From a virus (lineage: Duplodnaviria; Caudoviricetes), in the IMG/VR virus record IMGVR_UViG_3300020577_006243, positions 1 to 64,000 of that record: DNA of 64,000 nt; one strand, written 5' to 3'. Below the pieces are notes generated by a model. It was given only the letters and a program-made list of their open reading frames with translations, was not told the origin of the DNA and searched no databases. A program made the translations under genes and the position numbers. Shown here one piece after another: positions 38,514 to 46,955 of the stretch; the first letter of the stretch is position 1, and the number at the start of each line of letters is the position of its first letter.

Positions 38514-39260
38514 ATGATATGTTACCATATATGTATGGAAGACCTCCTGCTAAGATCAGCTATAATCATAACACCAGAGACTATGAGAAACACTATCTTC
38601 ACAAAAGAAGATAGGGATTTAATATTTCTTCATAAGAAACACATTATAAAAAACCTTTACAAAAAATCGCCATTATTCAAACATACAATAGAAAACTTTG
38701 ACAAGGTTGAGCAATACTATTTTATAGTTCAAAATATTTATAGAGACTATGACAGAAAGTTTGAGATACAGATGGGCGTGTCAATCTATTTGGAAGATTA
38801 CCAGTATTTGTTAAATTTAATGACTGAATTTGCTAACAAGCAGTCTGAAGACGATGGATCAAACGATGTAGAGATTGAATATAATTATGATGGCGTGTTC
38901 GGTTCTTCGGAAAGAAAAAGGATACCATTTGATGTAGGAAAATTGTCATATGTAGTAGACAAATTTTCAATTAACATTGAATGGTTTAATATGTCAGAAG
39001 ATGCAAAGTTAGATGCTTTCTATAGATTTAATAATAATGACGATAATGATAAATACAATTTTAACTTCAATGACAGAAATACATTCAGTATAGTTCTAAA
39101 AAACTATGAGAAGGATGTGTTGACACCAGCAGATAGAAAAAAGATAAACATTCCTTTAAATAAAGGCAATGGTGGCAGAATGTTTAAACACTATAAAAAA
39201 TCATTTATAAAAAACGATCCTGCATTCTACGATAAATACAAGTTAATAATGGACGAATGA
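38514..39260 (+). CDS. Hypothetical protein (shares C-terminal FYDKYxL with 51170)
   Basis: 248 aa ORF in a + strand run. Confidence 0.7.
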   Translation: MICYHICMEDLLLRSAIIITPETMRNTIFTKEDRDLIFLHKKHIIKNLYKKSPLFKHTIENFDKVEQYYFIVQNIYRDYDRKFEIQMGVSIYLEDYQYLLNLMTEFANKQSEDDGSNDVEIEYNYDGVFGSSERKRIPFDVGKLSYVVDKFSINIEWFNMSEDAKLDAFYRFNNNDDNDKYNFNFNDRNTFSIVLKNYEKDVLTPADRKKINIPLNKGNGGRMFKHYKKSFIKNDPAFYDKYKLIMDE

Positions 39261-39370
39261 AAGAGAAAATAGCACTCGGGATTGTTATAATCATAATACT
39301 TATTGGGCTTGGATACTCAGCTTACGAAAATATTTACACAGCCAATAGCTTTTTTAGAACAATAAAATAA
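39257..39370 (+). CDS. Small membrane protein (37 aa, not in ORF track)
   Basis: ATGA overlap with 38514 stop: MKEKIALGIVIIIILIGLGYSAYENIYTANSFFRTIK. Confidence 0.6.
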   Translation: MKEKIALGIVIIIILIGLGYSAYENIYTANSFFRTIK

Positions 39371-39393
39371 CAGCATTCTTAAAGTTACTGCAT

Positions 39394-40380
39394 ATGAGTA
39401 ATGCAGAAGAACAATTAGAACAAGAGATTACTGGCGAAAAACCAAGAGTTGTTCCTAATCAATCTAAAGGGCTATCATTATTAGCCGAACCAGCACCTAT
39501 CCCACTTATTTTACCATCTAAAGGTATTCTATACAAAAATGATCCAAAGGTTGGAGAAGTGGATAAAGATGGACAAATTTTTATTCGTCCAATTACATTG
39601 GATGATCTTGAATTATTTGTTAACCCTGAACTAATTGAAACTGGCACAGTAATTGACGCTCTTTTCAATAGAATTATCAAGTCAAAAATAAACCCGAAAT
39701 ATCTGTTAGTTTCCGACAGAAATTACATCCTGCTTTACGCTAGAGCGCAGTCTTATGGGCCAGAATATTCATTTTCTTTTAAATGTAAGGCTTGCGATAA
39801 ATCAATCAAAAAAATGATTGATCTTGGCGATCTCACCGTTAGATACCTTGATGAAATTCATGGGCAGGTAAACGAGAGAGGAGATTTAATTCCAGATAGT
39901 GTTAAGAAAATTAAGGAACCTTTCGTAGCAAACCTCTCAATGTCTGGTGCAAAAGTTACATTTAATCTTGCAAGAGGTATTGACGAAAGTGAAGCCAATA
40001 CTAATAAATACAGGAATAGAGTTAAAAAAGAAGTAGAAAAGAAAAAACAAGTTCTGTCAAATGTTCCAGACGAAACAACTGTTACGATGGAAGAACAACC
40101 AGATAGTCTTATTGATGTTCTTTCAAGAAACATTATTAAAATTGAAAGTGCAGATAGTTCTGAAACATTCACAGATGAAAAAGATATCAGACTTGTACTT
40201 TCAAAACTTAAGGCAGGTGATATTTCTGAACTTCAAGAACAAATGAGAAGTGCGGACAGTGGTGTTGATATGAACACAGAGGTAGTTTGCCCAAGTTGCA
40301 AGCACAGGAATGAAGTTTCAGTCCCACTGAACGAAAACTTCTTCAGGAGGGAGGTTAGGCAACGAAGCACGCAAAAATAA
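39394..40380 (+). CDS. Baseplate hub assembly / tail assembly chaperone, T4 gp26-like
   Basis: LILPSKGILY, IRPITLDD, LLVSDRNYILLYARAQSYGPEY, CKAC and CPSC, ending VPLNENFF. Confidence 0.85.
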   Translation: MSNAEEQLEQEITGEKPRVVPNQSKGLSLLAEPAPIPLILPSKGILYKNDPKVGEVDKDGQIFIRPITLDDLELFVNPELIETGTVIDALFNRIIKSKINPKYLLVSDRNYILLYARAQSYGPEYSFSFKCKACDKSIKKMIDLGDLTVRYLDEIHGQVNERGDLIPDSVKKIKEPFVANLSMSGAKVTFNLARGIDESEANTNKYRNRVKKEVEKKKQVLSNVPDETTVTMEEQPDSLIDVLSRNIIKIESADSSETFTDEKDIRLVLSKLKAGDISELQEQMRSADSGVDMNTEVVCPSCKHRNEVSVPLNENFFRREVRQRSTQK

Positions 40381-40570
40381 TTATCGTGCTATCAATGAGG
40401 AACGAAAAAATTTAATTCGTTCTGCATTTGATCTAGCCTATGCCACTAGAGTTTTTTCATATAAGGAAGTTCGTATGTTAACTCCATTTGAACTTCGTGT
40501 TATAGCGGAAAGATATACTGAAATCATTGAAGAAAGAAACAGAGAATATGAGAAGATAAGCAAAAAATAG
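40331..40570 (+). CDS. Start-less +1 frame ORF (gp51/gpGT-like extension of the chaperone)
   Basis: Open from after TGA 40328-30 to TAG 40568-70: ...NYRAINEERKNLIRSAFDLAYATRVFSYKEVRMLTPFELRVIAERYTEIIEERNREYEKISKK; only internal ATG at 40475. Confidence 0.6.
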   Translation, partial: TKTSSGGRLGNEARKNNYRAINEERKNLIRSAFDLAYATRVFSYKEVRMLTPFELRVIAERYTEIIEERNREYEKISKK

Positions 40571-40579
40571 CAACTTCAG

Positions 40580-40608
40580 TTGACAATGTAACGCAATTTT
40601 ATTATACT
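40580..40608 (+). promoter_or_regulatory. Sigma70-type promoter
   Basis: TTGACA-17 nt-TATACT, near consensus; upstream of the operon containing the sigma factor. Confidence 0.8.
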
Positions 40609-40616
40609 ATATAAAA

Positions 40617-40997
40617 TTGCGTTATCTATTTTCAGTAGAAACAAAAATTCTGGAAATGTGCGTGTTCCAGAATTTTGTGTTTTATAACAAGGAATGGTTT
40701 GATGAGCAGTATAAGATAAGTCTTATACGAAAATGGATAATTAACGAATGTAAATTGAATTTAAAATTGATTGGCAGTGAAATAAGTCACTATACTGTAA
40801 TAATTAAATACGATCTGTCTGACGAAAATGAAAATGTAAATAAATTTGATGGTAAATTCTATTATTACTATAGAAAACCTAAATTTAAAGGATGTTTAAA
40901 TTGTGTATCGTTCAATAGACTGAATAGATTTTGCTCCTGGAAGGACAGGATGCTGATACAGCCTATCCGATATTGCGATGGTTTTTTGGAAAAATGA
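40617..40997 (+). CDS. Hypothetical protein with C-terminal Cys cluster
   Basis: CLNC...C...C possible Zn site; start uncertain. Confidence 0.6.
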   Translation: MRYLFSVETKILEMCVFQNFVFYNKEWFDEQYKISLIRKWIINECKLNLKLIGSEISHYTVIIKYDLSDENENVNKFDGKFYYYYRKPKFKGCLNCVSFNRLNRFCSWKDRMLIQPIRYCDGFLEK

Positions 40998-42100
40998 CAG
41001 TATCTATTATGGGTGAAATATTATTAGAAACAGCAACTGAAGAAACAAAATTAACATCTGAGCAGGAAGAAGAATTTGCTTTCTTGAAGAAATATCACAA
41101 AAAAATTCTTGAATTTGCTCAAAGCGAAACAATAAACGCAAAACTAGCGTTTATAGAAGAAAATTCTGACCCTCAATTCAGATCAGACTTTATAAATGTG
41201 TACGAAGAGTATTACAGGTATCTTAAAATAACTTCAAATAAAGAAAAACTCATAAATACTATGAATTCTTTTTTTGAAAGTGTAGATATTTTTAAATCAA
41301 TAATGAAAACGGAAGATGATCTGATATTCTTTCAAGATAAAATACTCACATTTAAAGAATATGAAAAATTGCATAAAAGAGTTTATAAAATAAACAAGAA
41401 ATTGTTTAAGAAATATCAGTATAGAATAAGAGAGAGTTACTATGATAACTACATGGTGAATAGTTTTATAAAATTGTATAATGCGACTAAACATCCTACG
41501 ATTATAGCTCTATTGTCAGTTCAGGTTGACGCAATTATAATAAGACAGATTAATCGTCTTAAATTCCATCGTTTTAATACTCCTATGGAAGATTTAATAC
41601 AGGATTTGAGAGCCGCTTGTATATCAGCGATAGAAAAATTTGATCCATCAAAAGGAAAACCTGGACGTGAGAGTTTTAATTATTTTTCACATATATGTAA
41701 GAAAGCCGGTTATATGACAACCGTGAAGCAGAGCGATAGATTAAAATGGGAAACGTCTGAGAGTGATATTTTTACAGAGGATGGCTCTTTCTATGAAACA
41801 ATAGAAAGCAAAACTAACTACAAAGATTATTACGAAGATATGTTATTAAACGAACATAGAGATGCTATATCCAATTTCTATAATTACTATTACGTCCTTT
41901 TTAAAGGCAAGGAGCGTTTTCAGTTATTATTGCAAATTCTCATCCATTATGTATTGATTACAAAGAATTTGAATTTCAAAAAGAATTTATTTGTTAAATA
42001 CGCAAAATCACATGGCTTCACGGGTGCATTTGTTAATAAATTTTTAAGCGTTATTAAGACATACAAAAAAGAGTTTATCTCATACGACAAAGACAAATAA
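40994..42100 (+). CDS. Phage-encoded RNA polymerase sigma factor (late, gp55-like/sigma region 2)
   Basis: MEDLIQDLRAACISAIEKFDPSKGKPGRESFNYFSHICK is a sigma region 2 pattern (eDL.Q......i.kFDp.kg..f.Yf). Start set at ATG 40994, overlapping the previous stop. Confidence 0.75.
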   Translation: MTVSIMGEILLETATEETKLTSEQEEEFAFLKKYHKKILEFAQSETINAKLAFIEENSDPQFRSDFINVYEEYYRYLKITSNKEKLINTMNSFFESVDIFKSIMKTEDDLIFFQDKILTFKEYEKLHKRVYKINKKLFKKYQYRIRESYYDNYMVNSFIKLYNATKHPTIIALLSVQVDAIIIRQINRLKFHRFNTPMEDLIQDLRAACISAIEKFDPSKGKPGRESFNYFSHICKKAGYMTTVKQSDRLKWETSESDIFTEDGSFYETIESKTNYKDYYEDMLLNEHRDAISNFYNYYYVLFKGKERFQLLLQILIHYVLITKNLNFKKNLFVKYAKSHGFTGAFVNKFLSVIKTYKKEFISYDKDK

Positions 42101-42102
42101 GC

Positions 42103-42134
42103 AAAAAAAAAGGGTAGCGCAATGCTACCCTTTT
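42103..42134. terminator. Bidirectional rho-independent terminator
   Basis: A-run AGGGTAGC-GCAAT-GCTACCCT T-run between convergent genes. Confidence 0.9.
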
Positions 42135-42613
42135 ACTAGTTGTTTAATGTCCATTTCTTTTTCAAACTTTTCTAAAAGTTTGTTACAATCCCTTTCATGG
42201 TTTTGAAATTGATACCGGAGAATGCTCCTCCAAATTCTATTGAACGGCGTCTCTCCAGTTTGAAATCTACTATATCTTTTGTCATAGTTGATTTTACCCT
42301 GAATACCATTCAGGTCTGTTGACTTAAAGCGAATTAATTTCGCTTTAGCAACATTGTCTTTGTATTCACCCCAAACAATATCAAACGCATATTTGAAAAG
42401 CTGTTTTACGTCATCAGTGATTGCGTTTTCATCAATCAGGTCTTGCTGGCTTACACCAGCAAGTTTAAGAATTGTTTCGTAATTTGCTTTTAAAGTGCCT
42501 TTGAGTTGCCATTTGGTCTTGCCGTTTTTAAGAACGTATTTGTTACCTTCTTTGCCAAGAACAAACTTTGTTGAGGCGATAAGTTCGTTTATCTGTTTTA
42601 CAGTTATCTTCAT
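42125..42613 (-). CDS. Hypothetical basic early protein
   Basis: 162 aa, own promoter, AAGGATAGG SD-like site and terminator. Confidence 0.75.
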   Translation of the reverse strand: MKITVKQINELIASTKFVLGKEGNKYVLKNGKTKWQLKGTLKANYETILKLAGVSQQDLIDENAITDDVKQLFKYAFDIVWGEYKDNVAKAKLIRFKSTDLNGIQGKINYDKRYSRFQTGETPFNRIWRSILRYQFQNHERDCNKLLEKFEKEMDIKQLVKG

Positions 42614-42640
42614 AAACCTATCCTTTTATTAGTATATTAC

Positions 42641-42668
42641 ATTATACCATAATTGCAGAATTTTGCAA
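42641..42668 (-). promoter_or_regulatory. Sigma70-type promoter (extended -10)
   Basis: TTGCAA-16 nt-TATAAT with TGG just upstream of the -10. Confidence 0.7.
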
Positions 42669-42684
42669 GTCTTTTTTAAATGGT

Positions 42685-42710
42685 AAAACCCCTGAAAATT
42701 CAGGGGTTTT
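42685..42710 (-). terminator. Rho-independent terminator
   Basis: AAAACCCCTGAA-AA-TTCAGGGGTTTT just downstream of the 42719 stop. Confidence 0.85.
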
Positions 42711-42718
42711 GCATTTTC

Positions 42719-42955
42719 TTATTCTTCATTGTTGTCGTCATTACCAAGATTTTGCTCAAGCAAATCAATATAATCAGTGATAAGACTTACAATATATTCT
42801 TCTAAAGTCATCTTGGCTTCTTTAGCATGTGCTGAAAGCGATTTGAATTCTTTTTCACCAAGAGTAACTTCAATTCTATTGTCGTCAAGTTCTTTTACTG
42901 AAACGCCGTCAAATTCTTGTTCTTGTACTTTTTCCATAATAATATTATATATCAT
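42719..42955 (-). CDS. Small ribbon-helix-helix (CopG-like) protein
   Basis: IEVTLGEKEFKSLSAHAKEAKMTLEEYIVSLI fits beta-strand + two helices of RHH proteins. Confidence 0.5.
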   Translation of the reverse strand: MIYNIIMEKVQEQEFDGVSVKELDDNRIEVTLGEKEFKSLSAHAKEAKMTLEEYIVSLITDYIDLLEQNLGNDDNNEE

Positions 42956-42979
42956 ATGAAAAGAAAAAGCAAGTATATT

Positions 42980-44077
42980 TTAGAATGTTGCAGAAAATCC
43001 TATTGTGACTGCGTAATTTTTAGGTGTGTGTTTCCCGTAAGTTGAAACTCCCTGTAATGTAAATCCAGAGATACTTAACCCAGCAATAAGATATTTTTGC
43101 ATGTATGCATCTTCATAATAATTCTGTCTCATCTTAACTATTATATTTGTTGGTTCATTTGCAACTACATATGTCCCATTTCTATAAAAAGACATAAAAA
43201 CTCCCCCGTTACTTGCAGATGCTCCAGCGCCACCATACAATGTTATAAAATCTAAAACTTTAATTCCTGTTCTTGCATCTATGTATTTTGTTTCTATATC
43301 AGACCTATAATTTACTACATTGGTACCACTCCACTCGTATTTCAATTCGTCTACCTGAAGTCCTAATTTCATGTCCTTTAATTTCTTAGCAAAGTCTATT
43401 CTTGTTAGCTGATAGCCAACACCAACAGAAACGCCTGGAAGTTTTAAAAAATCAAAGAACATTCTTCTTTCTTGAAACACTTGATATCTTATTGCGTAAC
43501 CACGATTTCCGATCTGCCTTCTATTCTCGTAGTATGTGTCAAAATCATTATACTTTATACTGTCTGTTTTACCAACGCCATTAACATAAATTTCAAGTCT
43601 TGATAGTATAGGCATTTCAAAATTGTAATCACACTTAGTGAAGTTAAAATCACAATAAAAAACATCCATATACATAGAATACCAGAAGGTAACTAACCAT
43701 CCGACATTGACACCTGCATAATAATTGTAATTGACAGCAACTCCAAATTCATTCATCTTTTTGTATTGGTTTTGCGCTGGGTTATATATACCTATTTGAT
43801 GAGTTTCTGTAGCGGCCAGAGTTCCAGAAATGCCGAAAGTAAATTTATTTAATGTTATTGGATATGGTATGGTGGCAACTTGTGTTGTAGCTTGTGCCCT
43901 GAATATGTCTCTAGCTAATAGAGGCAAATAATCGCGTTCAAAACTGTTTAAAAATCCACTATACTTTCTATCAAAAGCAATGCAATCTTTACCAACACAT
44001 TCATATTCTGAAAATACTGGTGTAAATGGTAAAATTAAAAGTAAAGAAAAAAGTACTTTGCCGAGCCATCTCATCAA
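42980..44077 (-). CDS. Exported beta-barrel-like protein resembling Leptospira Lsa36 family surface proteins
   Basis: Signal peptide, N-terminal C-x4-C (ECVGKDC), alternating beta-strands, terminal Phe (TIGFSATF). Family resemblance is from recall. Confidence 0.55.
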   Translation of the reverse strand: MMRWLGKVLFSLLLILPFTPVFSEYECVGKDCIAFDRKYSGFLNSFERDYLPLLARDIFRAQATTQVATIPYPITLNKFTFGISGTLAATETHQIGIYNPAQNQYKKMNEFGVAVNYNYYAGVNVGWLVTFWYSMYMDVFYCDFNFTKCDYNFEMPILSRLEIYVNGVGKTDSIKYNDFDTYYENRRQIGNRGYAIRYQVFQERRMFFDFLKLPGVSVGVGYQLTRIDFAKKLKDMKLGLQVDELKYEWSGTNVVNYRSDIETKYIDARTGIKVLDFITLYGGAGASASNGGVFMSFYRNGTYVVANEPTNIIVKMRQNYYEDAYMQKYLIAGLSISGFTLQGVSTYGKHTPKNYAVTIGFSATF

Positions 44078-44108
44078 GGATAACTTAACGAGAAAAAACG
44101 CTAAAAAA

Positions 44109-44663
44109 TCAATCGGTAATTTTTTCTGTTTCTACAATATCAGTCAATAGCACTTTTTCTTTTAAAAAAACAACAACTTTATATGTATAATTTTCAATAC
44201 CTTCTATATGCTGAGAGTCTTCTCTTAACTTGAATGTTTCAACATTATCATTTGTTTTGTAGTTATCTACAAGCCATTGACTAAGTTCTTTCATAATATA
44301 ATTGAGATTCCACTTTCTTTCAAGTTTATGTAATGCGGATTTAAAAGCCTCTGAAAGAGTGTTGCCTGAACCAATCTGGAATGCGTCATATTCTGGTATT
44401 TTTTGAAAATCCTCACTATCAGTTATCCCTAAATCTATAACGTAAAATTCTTCTGGAATCAACAAGTCTTCTTGTTCAACTAAAGAAAGTGGATGGTCTA
44501 TCGTTTTGCCAACAAATCTTCCTGTATCTTTGAACCATATTGCTTTTTTGTCTCTGCCATCCGCAGCTCTTTTGATAATGCCATGAACGAACATATCGTC
44601 AGTATATTCAATTATTATTCTTTTTTTACTTTTTGTAGTATACCTTTTTTCAGTATTTATCAT
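44109..44663 (-). CDS. Hypothetical protein
   Basis: 184 aa, ATGA-type overlap with the epimerase gene. Confidence 0.7.
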   Translation of the reverse strand: MINTEKRYTTKSKKRIIIEYTDDMFVHGIIKRAADGRDKKAIWFKDTGRFVGKTIDHPLSLVEQEDLLIPEEFYVIDLGITDSEDFQKIPEYDAFQIGSGNTLSEAFKSALHKLERKWNLNYIMKELSQWLVDNYKTNDNVETFKLREDSQHIEGIENYTYKVVVFLKEKVLLTDIVETEKITD

Positions 44664-45445
44664 TTAAATTCCCTCACTATTGATTGGATTATTTCTTTGA
44701 TAGGTGTATGTGCTTTCCATTTCAATTCTTTTAACATAAAACTTCCATCTAAAAGATTATGTCGCATAGTTGTGCTATTGTTATATCTTCTTATTTGGTT
44801 TTCAGTTACAATATCATAAATATCTTCATAAGAATATTTTTCTAGTGATGTGATATTATACTTCTTACCAACAAACGAAGAACTTGACACAACGGATATT
44901 GCCTGTACAACATCTTCTATATAAATAAAATTGTATTTTGTATCGTCTATTACTCTTGTCGCACTTGATTTAACTATTGTAATCATTTGCTCTATTTTTT
45001 CTCTAGATATGATTTCACATATTCTTAAAACTATCAAAGGGAATTTATCACTAAATCTTCTATATTGAAAAATCAATTCATTTTCTATTAGGGCAGTGTC
45101 ACTACTGTTAATATCAAACGGTTTGTATGGTGAATTTTCAACAAATAAATCAGCAGCGTTCCCAAGACCGTAAACTTTTCCACTTGATAAAAGGATAACT
45201 CTTGTAAACTTTTTTTCTTTGATTATTGTTTCAGTCATCGCTCTAATGTAATCAATAGATACTCCAATAGAAAAATTATTTGCATCTGGTATTATTAACG
45301 CTGTATGCGTCTCTTCCAAAATATCAATGTTTTGTGATATTTCCCATATTTGAATATCATGCGTTTTTGAATATTGGTTGTACATCTGTTTGAAAAGCAG
45401 GCTGTCTCTATTCAAGCAGATTAATGTTATTTTGTTTTTATGCAT
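44660..45445 (-). CDS. NAD-dependent epimerase/dehydratase-like (atypical SDR) protein
   Basis: RVILLSSGKVYG, ENSPYKP, IVLRICEI, NFIYIEDVVQAI, KYNITS, LKWKAH; the GxxGxxG and YxxxK motifs look degenerate. Confidence 0.7.
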   Translation of the reverse strand: MHKNKITLICLNRDSLLFKQMYNQYSKTHDIQIWEISQNIDILEETHTALIIPDANNFSIGVSIDYIRAMTETIIKEKKFTRVILLSSGKVYGLGNAADLFVENSPYKPFDINSSDTALIENELIFQYRRFSDKFPLIVLRICEIISREKIEQMITIVKSSATRVIDDTKYNFIYIEDVVQAISVVSSSSFVGKKYNITSLEKYSYEDIYDIVTENQIRRYNNSTTMRHNLLDGSFMLKELKWKAHTPIKEIIQSIVREFK

Positions 45446-45869
45446 CGTAGTTTTTTCTAGCGTATTCGTACATGAATGCTTTACAGTGTTTATAATTTAC
45501 TGAGTCCTTATCGTCAACATAAAACACAGTTTCAATTTTTCTTCTATAGAATTTTGGATGCCCTTCAAAATCATCCATATCATATAATAGTTTTTTTAAT
45601 TCAGTTCTATCTCTATCAAAAAATTGAAATAGGTTTCCTTTTATTCTTGTCGCCAGATTATTTTTTATAGCATAAGGCACCATTCCTTTTGGGCAAATGT
45701 ATAATCTACTATGACGCAAAGGCATAATTCCTTCAATGTAATAACCTTTTATATAAGCATTTTCGTGAATTAAATCTGGCTTATGCTCTAAGAAATGTCT
45801 TTTGAAATTATGTTCACCTATTCTCAAAGTTCCATAAACGAATATGTTTAAATTTGCTTTATTTTTCAT
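45438..45869 (-). CDS. Gamma-glutamylcyclotransferase (AIG2-like)
   Basis: IFVYGTLRIGEHN and MDDFEGHPKFYRR. Confidence 0.85.
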   Translation of the reverse strand: MKNKANLNIFVYGTLRIGEHNFKRHFLEHKPDLIHENAYIKGYYIEGIMPLRHSRLYICPKGMVPYAIKNNLATRIKGNLFQFFDRDRTELKKLLYDMDDFEGHPKFYRRKIETVFYVDDKDSVNYKHCKAFMYEYARKNYDA

Positions 45870-45872
45870 CTT

Positions 45873-46955
45873 TTATGATTCCAACAGATTATATATATTA
45901 TTTAAAATTGTCTTATCTCTTCCGAACCCAATTCTATTTAACATAATTTGTTTGATGTTTTCATCATCTTCTTCTTTAATTTTTTCTTCAGTAATTTCTT
46001 CTGGATTTTCAATAATCCAAGAAGGAACATTTACACCATTCATATAATATAAAGAATAGCCATCGGCAAATACCATAGCAGGTTCAGTGTTATGATGTAA
46101 TTGCCCATCTTTATTTAAATTTAGAGTGGTAGGTCTATCAGACAAAAACACAATTCGTTCAAAAGGAAACCACCAATAACATTCGCTTGCTTCTTCCATC
46201 CATAAAGACAAAATTTCTTTATCTTTTTTTGAATATTGGACTCCTATTTTATTACAAAAATCATAAAAAACTTTCCATCCACACCATTGAGAACCACCAA
46301 AATAATTTTCAAAATTTATTTTGGCATCCACAAGATGATTGTCCCTAAGATTGTTCCCAAGATTGCTCCCAAGATTGCTCCCAAGATTGTTCCAAAGATT
46401 GTTCTCAAGATTGTCCCTAAGATTGCTCCAAAGATTGCTCCAAAGATTGTCCCTAAGATTGTCCCAAAGATTGCTCCCAAGATTGTCCCTAAGATTGTTC
46501 CCAAGATTGCTCCCAAGATTGTCCCTAAGATTGTTCCTAAGATTGTTCCCAAGATTGCTCTCAAGATTGTCTTTAAGATTGTTCCAAAGATTGTTCCCAA
46601 GATTGCTCTCAAGATTGTCTTTAAGATTGTTCCAAAGATTGTTCTCAAGATTGTTCTCAAGATTGTCTCTAAGATTGCTCCCAAGATTGTTCCTAAGATT
46701 GCTCCTAAGATTGTTCTCAAGATTGATCCAAAGATTGCTTTTTAGCAAATGTATTATAAATAAACATTGATAAGGGGAATCGCAAAACCATATAAATGGT
46801 TCTTGTTTTCCATTTACTTTATATAATGCTTTTATGGCGTTAGCAGATTTTATTCTGTCAATTCTTTTTGTTGAACGGCCAATTTCCAACCATTTTTCAA
46901 GAGTTGTTTTTAATTCTTTTTCTTGTTCGTATGTTAATTTTTCAATTTTTTTCAT
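45873..46955 (-). CDS. DUF6745-like protein with 33 NLxx tetrapeptide repeats
   Basis: IEKLTYEQ N-terminus, WFCDSP, NLxx array, GSQWCGW, CYWWFPFERIVFLSDRP, LHHNTEPA..FADGY. Confidence 0.8.
   Translation of the reverse strand: MKKIEKLTYEQEKELKTTLEKWLEIGRSTKRIDRIKSANAIKALYKVNGKQEPFIWFCDSPYQCLFIIHLLKSNLWINLENNLRSNLRNNLGSNLRDNLENNLENNLWNNLKDNLESNLGNNLWNNLKDNLESNLGNNLRNNLRDNLGSNLGNNLRDNLGSNLWDNLRDNLWSNLWSNLRDNLENNLWNNLGSNLGSNLGNNLRDNHLVDAKINFENYFGGSQWCGWKVFYDFCNKIGVQYSKKDKEILSLWMEEASECYWWFPFERIVFLSDRPTTLNLNKDGQLHHNTEPAMVFADGYSLYYMNGVNVPSWIIENPEEITEEKIKEEDDENIKQIMLNRIGFGRDKTILNNIYNLLES
46341..46736 (-). repeat. 12-nt tandem repeat array, 33 units of AATCTT-NNNNNN
   Basis: Invariant AAGATT (+ strand) every 12 nt with a variable hexamer. 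Confidence 0.95.

Noticed and set aside
46341-46736. CRISPR array
   Set aside because: Period is 12 nt with 6-nt variable parts, in frame within a gene; no repeat-spacer geometry and no cas genes.
46236-46770. Long alternative-frame ORFs (KIVP, TILG, RLF repeats)
   Set aside because: Shadows of the stop-free 12-nt array; only the NLxx frame has conserved flanking domains shared with the paralogue.
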